A stretch of 64,000 bases of DNA from Octopus sinensis (lineage: Eukaryota): positions 9,734,001-9,798,000 of the forward strand of contig NC_043016.1 in the NCBI RefSeq assembly GCF_006345805.1, read 5' to 3'. The notes under the pieces were generated by a model, which saw only the letters and a list, made by a program, of their open reading frames with translations, did not search any database and had not been told where the DNA came from. Positions 50,358 to 62,511 of the stretch are shown piece after piece (position 1 is the stretch's first letter; each line of letters starts with the position of its first letter). A program made the translations under genes and the position numbers.

Positions 50358-50932
50358 CCGGCGAGCTGGCAGAGACGTTAGCACGCCGGGCGAAATGCGT
50401 AGCCGTATTTCGTCTGCCGCTACGTTGTGAGTTCAAATTCCGCCGAGGTCGACTTTGCCTTTCATCCTTTCGGGGGTGTCGATTAAATAAGTACCAGTTA
50501 CGCACTGGAGTCGATATAATCGACTTAATCCGTTTGTTTGTCCTCTCTGTGTTTAGCCCCTTGTGGGTAGTAAAGAAATAGGTATTTCGTCTGCCGCTAC
50601 TTTCTGAGTTCAAATTCCCCAAGGTCGACTTTGCCTTTCATCCTTTCGGGGGTGTCGATTAAATAAGTACCAGTTACGCACTGGAGTTGATATAATCGAC
50701 TTAATCCGTTTGTTTGTCCTCTCTGTGTTTAGCCCCTTGTGGGTAGTAAAGAAATAGGTATTTCGTCTGCCGCTACTTTCTGAGTTCAAATTCCCCAAGG
50801 TCGACTTTGCCTTTCATCCTTTCGGGGGTGTCGATTAAATAAGTACCAGTTACGCACTGGAGTCGATATAATCGACTTAATCCATTTGTTTGTCCTCTCT
50901 GTGTTTAGCCCCTTGTGGGTAGTAAAGAAATA
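50358..50932 (+). mobile_element. Head-to-tail trimer of SINE family B
   Basis: A full unit followed by two 176-bp units (50581-50756 and 50757-50932). Confidence 0.92.
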
Positions 50933-50944
50933 TATATAAAGTTT

Positions 50945-51170
50945 ATAAGGTGGTGAACATTGGCAGAATCATTTACATGCTGGACAAAATGCTTTGCTGT
51001 ATTTCTTCTGTCTTTATGTTCTGAGGATCAAATACTGCTGAGGTCGACTTTGTTTTTTACTCTTTTTGGGTCAATGAAATAAGTACCAGTTAAGTATTGG
51101 GGCTGATGTAATTAACTAGCCCCACCCAGCTCTCCCAACATTTCAAGCCTTGTGCCTATATTAGAAAGGA
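50945..51170 (+). mobile_element. SINE family B, older copy
   Basis: Diverged head, central domain and tail. Confidence 0.7.
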
Positions 51171-51585
51171 TAAAGTTTATACACAGACCAAAGTTGTCAT
51201 TCTATTTCTTTCGCAGCATTCCTTTGTCTTTTACTGATATGAAATATAACACCGATGGATATCATATTCCATCCTCTCTCTCTCTCTTTCTCCATATTTC
51301 TCTCTCTCACCACTCCAAACTATTAATTATTTAAAATTTATCAAAAACAAAATCTCTGCTCATAGAATAGAAATTATGTCTCATATTTAACTATTTGGTC
51401 TCATTAAATTTTTTTGTTGAAACATGCTCTTCCTAGCACTGAGACTAGACAGACATGCACACACACACACACATGCACACACACACGCACACACACACAT
51501 GCATATATACATATAAACACACACACATGAACACACGTATATACATATATGCATATATATATATATATGTATGTATGTATATATA

Positions 51586-51795
51586 TCATCATCATCATCA
51601 TCGTTTAGCGTCCGCTTTCCATGCTGGCATGGGTTAGATGGTTCAACTGGGGTCTGGGAAGCCAGGAGGCTGCACCAGGCCCAGTCTGATCTGGCAATGT
51701 TTCTACGACTGGATGCCCTTCCTAACGCCAACCACTCCATGAGTGTAGTGGGTGCTTTTTACGTGCCAGACGAGGCTGGCAAATGACCACGGTCA
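51586..51795 (-). mobile_element. RTE LINE 3' end
   Basis: (CAT)n followed by a UTR match. Confidence 0.85.
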
Positions 51796-51811
51796 TATAT
51801 ATGTATATATC

Positions 51812-51991
51812 ATGTGTGGTGAATTTATGGAAAGAATTCCCATAAAACTCAACAATTTTGATAAAAATGGAGAAGAAAAGATGTTAAAATATATAATAGA
51901 ATTCTCGTATATATTTTAACAACGTGTCTTCTCCATTTTTAACTAAATTTATGAGTTTTATGGGATTTATTCCCATAAATTCACCACGCAT
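51812..51991. repeat. 180-bp imperfect palindrome (fold-back MITE-like)
   Basis: ATGTGTGGTGAATTTATGG ... CCATAAATTCACCACGCAT, with pairing continuing to the centre. Confidence 0.85.
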
Positions 51992-52145
51992 CATATACAA
52001 GTATTACTTTTATATTTGCAAATTTACACCTGTAAACTACCAGCAAAATATGAAGAATAAACATTAAAAATCCTTTCTGGAAATCTCCAAATTAAAGGAC
52101 GAATCTACATTCAACCTTTTTACATCTGTGTATATATATATATAT

Positions 52146-53674
52146 CATCATCATCATCATCATCATTTAGCGTCCGTTTTCCATGCTAGCATGGGTTGGA
52201 CGGTTCTACTGGGGTCTGTGAAGCCAGAAGGCTTCATCAGGCCCAGTCAAATCTGGCAGTGTTTCTACGGCTGGATGCCCTTCCTAACGCCAACCACTCC
52301 GTGAGTGTAGTGGGTGCTTTTTACGTGCCACCCGCACTGGTGCCAGACAGAGCTGGCAAACGGCCACGAACGGATGGTGCTTTTTATGTGCCACCGGCAC
52401 GAGGGCCAGGCGAGGCTGGCAATGGACACGAAACGGGGCGGTGCTGGCAACGGTCGCGAAACGGAAAGTTCTCTTACATGCCACCGGCACTGGTAACACA
52501 TCTGCAATTTCCATTGATCGATTTCCATTGATCGATTTCGATTCTGATCCTCACTTGCCTCAATGGGTCTTCACAAGCAGAGTTTCGACATGCCACCGGC
52601 ACTGGTAGCACATCCGCAATTTCCATTGATCGATTTCGATTCTGATCCTCACTTGCCTCAACACGTCTTCACAAGTAGAGTTTTGTGTCCCAAGAAGGGA
52701 AGGTATGCATACGTAGGCTGGCTCCATCCCATGTAGAAGGCCACGGGTTGTGGACTCACTTGTCCTGCCGGGTCTTCTCGCGCACAGCACACTTCCAGAG
52801 GTCTCGGTCTCTAGTCATTTCCTCAGTGAGACCTAAAGTTCGAAGGTCGTGCTTCACCACCTCGTCCCAGGTTTTCCTGGGTCTGCCTCTTCCACAGGTT
52901 CCCTCAACCTCTAGGGTGTGGCACTTTTTCACACAACTATCTTCATCCATTCTCGCCACATGACCATACCAGCGCAAACGTCTCTCTTGCACACCACAAC
53001 TGATGCTTCTTAGGTCCAGCTTTTCTCTCAAGGTACTTACACTCTGCCGAGTGTGAGTACCGGCATTACACATCCATCGGAGCATACTGGCTTCATTTCT
53101 AGCGAGCTTACGCATATCCTCAGCAGTCACGGCCCATGTTTCACTGCCATGTAGCATGGCTGTTCGTACACCGCATCATACAGTCTGCCTTTCACTCTGT
53201 GCGAGAGGCCTTTTGTCACCAGCAGAGGTAAGAGCTCTCTGAACTTTGCCCAAGCTATTCTTACTCTAGCAGTTACACTTTCAGCACACCCACCCCCGCT
53301 GCTGACTTGGTCACCTAGGTAACGGAAACTATCAACTATTTCTAGTTTTTCTCCCTGGAAAGTGACGGAAGTTGGTCTCAGAGCATTTTCAGTGTTTATT
53401 GTTCCTGAGCATCTGCCACATACAAAAACCATCTTCCTAGTTAGCCTTCCTTTGACATTGCTGCATCTCTTATGTGTCCATAGCTTACACTTGGTGCATC
53501 TTATAGAGTTTCTACCTACACCTTTTCTACAGATTGAGCAGGGCCATCTACCTGAAGGTGTTTGTGATTTGTCTACCTTCCTACTGATTACGACTTTGGT
53601 TTTAGCTAGATTGACTCTGAGGCCCTTCGATTCTAATCCTTGTTTCCACACCTGAAACTTCTCCTCCAGTTCTG
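52146..53674 (-). mobile_element. 5'-truncated RTE-clade LINE with a PHD finger in the RT region and a 600-bp 3' UTR
   Basis: GLRVNLAKTKV, VDSFRYLG, HGSETW, RRLRWYGHVARM, GRGRPRKTW; one frameshift near 53175; (GAT)n tail. Confidence 0.93.
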
Positions 53675-53787
53675 ATATATATATGTATATATATATAGAG
53701 AGATAGATAGATAGATAGATAGATATAGATATATACATAGATGTATGTATTTATCCATGTCTACTTATACATACATATATATGTGTG

Positions 53788-53831
<44 letters not shown>

Positions 53832-53880
53832 ATATATTATATATATATATATTATATATATATATATAATATATATGTGT

Positions 53881-54226
53881 ATGAAGGCGCATGGTTCAGT
53901 GGTTAGAGCGTCGAGCTTACGATCGTGAGGTTGTGAGCTCGAATCCCGGACTGGGCTGCGTGTTGTGCTCTTGAGCAAAGCACTTTATTTCACGTTGCTC
54001 CAGTTCACTCAGCTGTAGAAATGAGTTGCGACGTCACTGGTGCCAAGCTGTATCGACCTTTGTCTTTCCCTTGGATAACACTGGTGGTGTGGAGAGGGGA
54101 GGCCGGTATGCATGGGCGACTGCTGGTCTTCCATAAACAACCTTGCCCAGACTTGTGTCTAGGAGGGTAACTTTCTAGGTGCAATCCCATGGTCATTCAT
54201 GACCGAAGGGGGTCTTTACCTTTACA
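53881..54226 (+). mobile_element. tRNA-derived CORE-like SINE, family C
   Basis: Head GGCGCATGGTTCAGTGGTTAGAGCG...CTCGAATCCC and core GTGTTGTGCTCTTGAGCAAAGCACTT. Confidence 0.8.
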
Positions 54227-55019
54227 TATATATCTATGTATATATGTATGTGTATATATGTATATATCTCTCTCTCTCTATATGTATGCACTCATATATA
54301 TATATATCTACATACACACACATTGACATATATCTGTAAGTATACATATATGAATTATACATACAAGCACACATACACATGAGTAAATGTGTATGTATAT
54401 ACATTTTCTTCAAAGGGGTTACAGTGCATACGTTTAGGTTTAGAGATGCATGTAGGAAATTTATCCTCTTCGGGTTCGTGTTTGATTTTTAAATGTATTT
54501 TTTAAATGGATATCTATGTGTGTATATTATACGCTATGCTCATTCATATTGTATAATAGAGCAAACCAAGTGCTATGCCTTTGATAGAAGACCTCATTCA
54601 GCCTTTTTTCGGTGTATTTAGTAGGAGCAAAACACCCCCCGTCCAATGGACAGTGCTGAATCATATCTGCTGAATAAAAAGCAATCAGTTTTTTCTTTTC
54701 ATTAAAAAATAATTAAACATGCCTTTATTTCAATAAAATTTTTGGTTTTGTTAAACGAAGTTAAGGCAAAAAAAAACAACTTCTCGAGAAACCAAATAGT
54801 CTTTCCTTCCTTCCATATCTCTTTCGCATCTTACATTTTTGGTCTCTTAAATATACTGCATTTTGTGGCATTATTTCAAGCCAGCTGGCTTTTTTTGCGC
54901 AAACTGCACATACGTTTTTCTTGCGTATGCATAGTATTGATCACAACAGCTGATGTACTTGCATGTACAAATGCACCTTCCCACGACTTTATTGATTGCA
55001 TTCTCACCTGGAATATATT

Positions 55020-55158
55020 TTTGTAATTTTTTCAAGACTTATACATGCCCTGATACCGTCGGTATCTACATATCAAATTTGAGTGCCATCGGATAGAGGA
55101 TGCCCGAGATCCTAGAAGACACACACACAGACAGAAAGAACAGATTTTATATAATAGA
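55020..55158 (-). mobile_element. Helitron-like 5' fragment
   Basis: a|TCTATTATATAAAA followed by a CTGT microsatellite, like the family at 244. No 3' end is seen. Confidence 0.4.
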
Positions 55159-55164
55159 TGTCGT

Positions 55165-55620
55165 ATCACCCAATCAGAAATTGCCGCTCTGCTATAGTAA
55201 CCCATCAATACATCAAATATTTCTCTCTCTGTTTGTTAACCCAGAACAAATAGTCATAAACTACAAAAACTTCCTTGTATATATCATTATATTCCCATTA
55301 TTGCTGGTTACATTTCAGTATTTTCTTTTTCCAAATTCAAGGTGGCTATGAGATTAGTTTATTAATGGGTAGGTAGATTTCTACAATATCGAGCAAAATG
55401 AATTCACCGTTGGAATTATCTTTGACATTATTTAACTGTTTGCAGCAATTCCATTGTGATAACATTCTTTTGAATGTCTTGTTTTTCTATTTTCATAATC
55501 TGAAATGTATTTGCTGACAATAGTTAATTCATTTTGTTTTTGGATTAATGTGTCTGACATTGGGATTAGTCAATTCTGTCTTTGTGTGTTAAGTAAGGCT
55601 TGTGTGGGTTGAGGCATCCT
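55165..55620 (-). pseudogene. Penelope-like reverse transcriptase remnant
   Basis: FILLDIVEIYLPI and IFDVLMGYYSRAAISDWV resemble the PLE RT motifs FDIVDFYPSI and FDVTMGSYDGAEICEL. Confidence 0.65.
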
Positions 55621-55734
55621 GTTCATTTATTTTATTATTTTTCTATATATATGTTTACGAGCATGTGTATGTGTGAAGAGACGTATATAAGCATATATAA
55701 GTTAGTTATGTATACATATGTATAGACATAAAGT

Positions 55735-55950
55735 TAATCCAAAACAAGAAAGCACAAAAAAACACAACAACGCGAGGACGTGGAACAAATATAGTATTAT
55801 TGGATGCTCAGGAAAGAAGGAAAGAAGGAGGGTTTAATGTTTCGAGTGGAGCTCTTCGTCGGAAACATAGGAGAAGGAAAGATCCAGAAAAGGGAAGACA
55901 GAGGAAAAAAAATCGCCAACGGTACACACGAGGTCACACACACATATATA
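55735..55950 (-). mobile_element. Penelope-like terminal repeat with a variant hammerhead (55832-55866)
   Basis: GTTT-CCGACGA-A-GAG(ctcca)CTC-GAAAC-ATT-AAAC. Confidence 0.6.
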
Positions 55951-55957
55951 TATATAT

Positions 55958-56245
55958 TTCTTGTGAGTGGATTTGGTAGATGGAAACTGAAAGAAGCCCG
56001 TTGTATATATGTATATATATGTATATGTATGCTTGTGTGTCTGTGTTTGTCCACACAACATCGCTTGACAACTGATGCTGGTGTGTTTCCGTCCCTATAA
56101 CTTAGCGGTTCGGCAAAATAGAACCGATAGAATAAGTACTAGGCTTACAAAGAATTAAGTCCTGGGGTCGATTTGCTTGACCAAAAGGCGGTGCTCAAGC
56201 ATGGCTGCAGTCAAACGACTGAAACAAGTAAAAGAAAGAAAAGAA
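55958..56245 (+). mobile_element. SINE family A, headless
   Basis: Starts at CTTGTGAGTGGATTTGG and has a full tail. Confidence 0.8.
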
Positions 56246-57195
56246 TATATATATATATGTATGTATGTACGTATGTATGTATGTGTGTATGTATGTGTGT
56301 GTATGTATATATATAATATATATATATATATATATCAATCATCATCATCATCATCACTTAACATCCGTTTTCCTTGATGACATGACAGGGGCTGGCAGGG
56401 CAGAAGATTGCACCAAACCTCACTGTCTCTTTTGGCAGGGGTTTTATAGCTGGATACCTTTGCTGACACTAACCACCTTACAGAGTGGATATGTGTGTAT
56501 GTGTGTGTGTGTGTGTGTATACACACACACATACATATACATACATACACATGCACACACAAACCTAGACACCCCCCCCCCACACACACACACTCACACT
56601 CGCATATATATTATTGGCACTTGCCATGTTTTCTGCTTTACAGGCAGGTCTGAGTAACTGCATCAGGATGCAATTTGCGGTGGTGAACCCACAGCAAGTT
56701 TACACGATGAAAAAAAAAATAAAAAAACACGAAATGATAAGATGAAATAGAATACATATAAAACAAGCTAAAACAAGAAAAATGACTGAAATTATTTGGA
56801 GAGAACCAGATGGATGAATCATACCTTTGATGGTCTTAAGAGATAAACTTGTTTTATCAACAATGACCTTTTTTTAACCCGTGCTACAGGCTTCACTACA
56901 GAAGCTATTAAGGAGAAGTTAATGAACCAAAAAATGGAAAAAAAGCGAAAAAGGCTTTATCACTTTTAGCATTCATCTACTGGTGGTATGCTGGTAGTAT
57001 TTCTAGCACATCAGGCATAATTCTTAGTAGCATTTCATCCATCTTCACATTCTGACTTCAAATTCTTACTGTGGTCAACTTTACCTTTTGTACTTTCTGG
57101 GTCGATAAAGTAAGAACCAGTTGAATACTGGGATTGGCGTAATCAACTTGACCTCTTTCTTGAAATTGCTGGCCTGTTACCAAAATTTGAAACCA

Positions 57196-57572
57196 TTATT
57201 ACCTCTGCCTTAGCGAAGGCGGAGGTATTGTTTTCAGTTGTGTTTGTTTGTTTGTTTGTCCATCCATGGACAAGATATCTCAAGAACCACTGAATGGATT
57301 TGGATGAAACTTTCAGGGATGTTTGGCCTCATGACTGACACGAACTGATTAGATTTTGAGATCGATCCGGTACCGGACAAGGATTCTGGATTTTTCCTGT
57401 TTTTTTTTACTTAATTTTTGAGAGTGGTCCAGTTCATTTTTAGTATTCTCGTTTGTGAGAGCAATCAAGTTTATTTCAGATGTTCTCATTTTAAAAATCA
57501 TCTCTGGCTATTCGTTGAGAGGATGTTGGTGTTACTTTGGCGAAGTCTTGCGCTCTCTGAGTGCTCTTATTA
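57196..57572 (+). mobile_element. HINE/DINE-1-like element (second copy)
   Basis: ACCTCTGCCTTAGCGAAGGCGGAGGT hairpin and 3' GCGCTCTCTGAGTGC stem-loop. Confidence 0.78.
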
Positions 57573-57601
57573 TTTGTTGTTGTTGTTGTTATTATTATTA
57601 C

Positions 57602-57632
<31 letters not shown>

Positions 57633-57762
57633 TGCCTTTCATCCTTTCAGGGACTGGGGTCAAAAAAATAAGAACCAGTTAAGCATTGTGGTCGATATAA
57701 TTGATTTACCCCCCCCCCACTGAAATTGCTAGTTTTACACCAAAATCTGAAACCATTATTAT

Positions 57763-58312
57763 TGAGTGAGAGAGCAATGCATGCCATCAAAGTGACACTG
57801 GAGTAAAATACATGAAACCCAATCATGACTCCCTGTCTGATAAGGGTACACTAGCCAGACACATGCATCACAACCACATATGCGCAACATGGTGATCTCA
57901 TATCAAGACAAAAAGCACATTACCTTGCAGGTGAGGCCCAGTAAGAATTTTCTTCAGGTTGAGTAGCTCATCCAGCTCAAAAGGTCCAGAATAAGGGTGG
58001 CTTAAGGATATTGAATCAAACACCCATGTTTCCAAAGGTGAATTATCCAGACCTCCATGAATTCCTTTCAACAAATGGCTATGATGCTCCCCCACTACTT
58101 CTGCTCGTGATCAGAGATGCACATATCGTCAGCCACAAAGGGACATGCTCAACTGGTTAAGGTCAAACAACTGACAAGCAAATCTGTGGTATTGAGCAGA
58201 ATATTTGCTGTAGCCCATCTTTTACACCAAGACCAAAAAATGCAAATGATAACACTTCCAATCAGTTAAGATCAGAAGCCATGAGAGCCACTGCCTGGTA
58301 TTGCATCAGGGA
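57763..58312 (-). mobile_element. R560 repeat
   Basis: Colinear with 5226-5779. Confidence 0.85.
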
Positions 58313-58359
58313 ACTTATTATTGTTATAATAATAATAATAATAATTATTATTATTATTA

Positions 58360-58575
58360 TAAGGTGAGCTGACAGACTTGTTAGCATGCCAGGTGAAATG
58401 CTTAGCAGTATTTTATCTGCTGCTACATTCTGAGTTCAAACTCCACTGAGGTCAACTTTGCCTTTCATCCTTTTGGGGTTGATAAATTAAGTACCAACGA
58501 AACACTTGAGTTGAAGTAATCGTCTAGTCCCTTCCCCTAAATTTCAGGCCTTGTGCCTACAGTAGAAAGAATTAT
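58360..58575 (+). mobile_element. SINE family B (ATT-tailed)
   Basis: Head, central domain and tail. Confidence 0.78.
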
Positions 58576-58590
58576 TATTACTATTATTAC

Positions 58591-58634
<44 letters not shown>

Positions 58635-58789
58635 AACAGTATAGAGAATGCAATGTAATTTATGATAAATAGAGATTAACTGTTTATTGAATTAAACAAA
58701 TATTTCAAGACTGTGTTCCTCAGGTTAAAAATATAAAATATACAAAAAATGCATAAATACAGAAATTAAAAATGTGATCAGGGAATGTC

Positions 58790-59250
58790 CTGCATTCCTT
58801 TTTAGACAAGATAATGTCATCAGTTTTCACTTTTCCATCATTCATAACAAAGAAAAAAAAAAGAAGAAAAGAAAACAGGAAAGAGAACACTTAGTCAAAC
58901 GGTTTTGTGTAATTATGTCGAAATTTGATTGTCACTTTATTTATTCCTTCAGGGCATGTTAGTAATTCACAAAAAATATTTGTCCTCATGCATTTTGAGG
59001 AATGAAAATCCAGTAAAGTCAGAAATTTTTCTGAGAATGTGCAATTTCAAGCATTCCTTAAAATTAGAGCTATTTGATGTAAAATGTTCAGCAAGTTCTG
59101 TTGAATCATGGTCAAGATTGGGGTACAGTGAAGAAACATCCATGGTTACCAAAAAAAGAGAGAAAAAAAAATCAGTTTTTGACATTACTTCAGTGCTAAG
59201 AAAAATTGTTAATTTTGGACCCAAAATGGAAAGCATCCCAAATGAAAGAA
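58790..59250 (-). pseudogene. Penelope-like reverse transcriptase remnant
   Basis: LVTMDVSSLYPNLDH (PLE motif LVTMDVxSLYTNI), then EDKYFL and TDDIIL downstream. Confidence 0.75.
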
Positions 59251-60494
59251 GATTGATCTTTTGGCTACAGGAAAGCTGTCAAGCCACAAAGAAATCCTTA
59301 GTGCAGATTGTTTGGTAAGAATTAGTGGAACCCTCCTTAGTCATTTGCTACAGGAGAATCTACCATATCTATCCATCCATCTGGCCAGGCCTGCACCAAA
59401 CTTCTGTGACTGTTTTCGCAGAATTTTTACAGCCGGATGCATCTTCCTAACAACAAATATATATGTATATATATACATTTTTATATATCATATATATTTT
59501 TTGTATATATTTTTTACCAAATGAATGTGAGTTTGCCTTCAAATGGAATTACTTCCAAAGATTTCTAATGTCTTATCTTCATACTTTGCTTTTGAATTTA
59601 CTTATATAAATTCGTATAAGTATAAAAACTTGTGTAGAAATAATCAGTATATGATTTAATTTATTAAACACAGTTGAACAAATAGATTTTCTCTTAGTTA
59701 TCATTTTAGGATCAATGTATTCATTCTAGCAGTCATCGTAGTTGGATCAATACTGTGATTGATTTGTTCAAATAAAAAAAAAATCTTCAAGGTGGTGCCC
59801 CAGCACAGCCACAGTCCAGTGACAGAAACAAGTAAAAGATTAAAAGGAAAGATAAATTTATTATTTATTTGTTAATATGTTTGTAATTTTTTTCAAGCAT
59901 AAACATAAATTTCATTTAATACCAAAACATTTTCATGTTAAATACCAAGTACAAAAATATTTATTTGTCAATTTTCATGGCTTCTACATACTTTTGTATA
60001 GAATTCAAACAGCTTCTGCTGGACCTCTTGCGCTGCTTGCTTCCCTTAAGTTTATTTGTTGTTCAAACAGAATTAATCTACATATTGTCGGGTGAATCCA
60101 CCCCAGAAGATGAAACACTCTCAGAGAAACACCCATAGGCAGTTTCATCTTCTGCAGATTTGCTAGTTAAAAATTCACGTTTTGGAATTTTCTTTCGGTA
60201 CACATAAAGTAAATAAATAAATAAATGGGTGGATATTGAGCCAGTGTGTGTGTATGTGTGTTAGATATTAAGAGAATATGACTCTCCTCAGATACAACAA
60301 AATTTGTTTCAACACACAAATTCACATAAAGAATCTTGCAAACCAGATACAAAAACTAGGATTATAAATTGTTGTTTAATAATTTAGATGTTATAAACTG
60401 AAATGTATGAGCATTTACTGAATTCTGTCTTGTTCAGTCGTAAAAGGGTTTGTTTACCAACAAACTGCAGTGATGCTCTTTATAAACACATTCA

Positions 60495-60915
60495 GGTGCA
60501 GGAGTGGCTGTGTGGTAAGTAGCTTGCCTACCAACCACATGGTTCCGGGTTCAGTCCCACTGCGTGGCATCTTGGGCAAGTGTCTTCTGCTATAGCCCCG
60601 GGCCGACCAATGCCTTGTGAGTGGATTTGGTAGACGGAAACTGAAAGAAGCCTGTCGTATATATGTATATGTATATATAAGTGTGTGTGTATATGTTTGT
60701 GTGTCTGTGTTTGTCACCCTGGTATTGCTTGACAGCCGATGCTGGTGCGTTTACGTCCCCGTCACTTAGCGGTTCGGCAAAAGAGACCGATAGAATAAGT
60801 ACTGGGCTTACAAAGAATAAGTCTCGGGGTCGATTTGCTCGACTAAAGGTGGTGCTCCAGCATGGCCGCAGTCAAATGACTGAAACAAGTAAAAGAGTAA
60901 AAGAGAGAGTAAAAG
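60495..60915 (+). mobile_element. SINE family A
   Basis: Full-length match. Confidence 0.88.
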
Positions 60916-61194
60916 AGTATTCGTTTGTTATGTATTTTTTGCTGACTATTATGCTTCTGCTGCTCATATTTTATTTCAGCTTGCGTTATATTTTCTTTAG
61001 ATATACACACGCATCTCTTTTATCTTTTATTCTTATTCAAGATGAATCTCGTGTCAAGGTAATGTTTTTATCCTGCTGGAAATCCATTCACAATATTTCT
61101 TAGTGACTGCTTCTTTGATAAACCAGATTTAACCATTTATTGAAAACCTGACATCCAGAAGAAATCCTCTTTCACATGAAACTTAAATATATAG

Positions 61195-61358
61195 CCGCAG
61201 GAGTGGCTGTGTGGTAAGTAGCTTGCTAACCAACCACATGGTTCCGGGTTCAGTCCCACTGCGTGGCATCTTGGGAAAGTGTCTTCTGCTATGGCCCTGG
61301 GTCGACCAAAGCCTTGTGAGTGGATTTGGTAGACGGAAACTGAAAGAAGCCTGTCGTA

Positions 61359-61401
<43 letters not shown>

Positions 61402-61640
61402 GTATATGTATGTATGTATGTATGTGTGTGTGTGTGTGTGTGTCTGTGTTTGTCCCCACCAACATGGCTTGACAATCGATGCTGGTGTGTTTAGGTCCCC
61501 GTAACTTAGTGGTTTGGGAAAAGAGACTGATAGAATAAGTACTAGGCTTACAAAGAATAAGTCCAGGGGTCGATTTGATTCGACTAAAGGCGGTGCTCCA
61601 GCATGGCTGCAGTCAAATGACTGAAACAAGTAAAAGAGTA
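61195..61640 (+). mobile_element. SINE family A
   Basis: Full-length match. Confidence 0.88.
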
Positions 61641-62061
61641 TACATGAATAAAAAAAAAATATTTTTTACTCGCGTCTGCATTTGAGTCAGTGTTTTTATG
61701 ATGCATGGTAGAAATATAGCTCCCAGTGACCTTATTTCTGAATATTGCTATAAAGCAATTATCAGAGACTGATTAGATTATGGGTAATGATCAGGGAGAG
61801 AAACTTAATATCTTAATAAAAGCAACAATCCGGGCTTTGTAAGCTTCCTGCTTTGCTCAGATGACATCTTTTAACTTCTTGTGATAAGAAACTCTCAAGG
61901 GAGAGATGAACAACAGGTCTTCAGAGAAGAACCACCCACCCACCAATCCTCAGGCAACTGTTTCAGACCTCAGTTTTTTACACTCTAATGGGGCTGGGCT
62001 GCAGCCAGGTCATGATTCCTGGGTGTCCTTCTGTTGATGCTTTTTGGTCCCCTGGATATTT

Positions 62062-62295
62062 TATATTTCTTTACTGCCCACAAGGGGCTAAACATAGAGG
62101 GGACAAACAAGGACAGACAAAGGGATTAAGTCGATTACATCGACCCCAGTGCAAAACTGGTGCTTTATTTATCGACCCCGAAAGGATGAAAGGCAAAGTC
62201 GACCTCGGCGGAATTTGAACTCACAACGTAACGACAGACGAAATACCGCTAAGCATTTCACCCAACACGCTAACGTTTCTGCCAGCTCGCCGCCT
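62062..62295 (-). mobile_element. SINE family B
   Basis: Full-length match, flanked by the direct repeat TCCCCTGGATATT. Confidence 0.85.
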
Positions 62296-62511
62296 CTTTA
62301 TCCCCTGGATATTGGACCCTTGTGCATTGAAACTGGTTTCATCTGGGTGTAATTTCTCTCCAACGACTCAGCCTTCAAACTTATACTTAACCAGCTTAAA
62401 AGCTGCACTTTGTGTGGACTTTTAACGTAGCTCCTGCTGAGAGCTAATTGGGCTGCAGCCCCAAACCAAAGAGAGCGATAATAAAAAAGCATTTATTGAT
62501 ACCCTACTAAT

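Noticed and set aside
50266-50798. ORFs of 100-118 aa that repeat each other
   Set aside because: They are translations of the SINE B trimer.
59960-60200. Short ORFs in unique-looking sequence
   Set aside because: No recognisable motif, in-frame stops on both strands, and weak splice sites.
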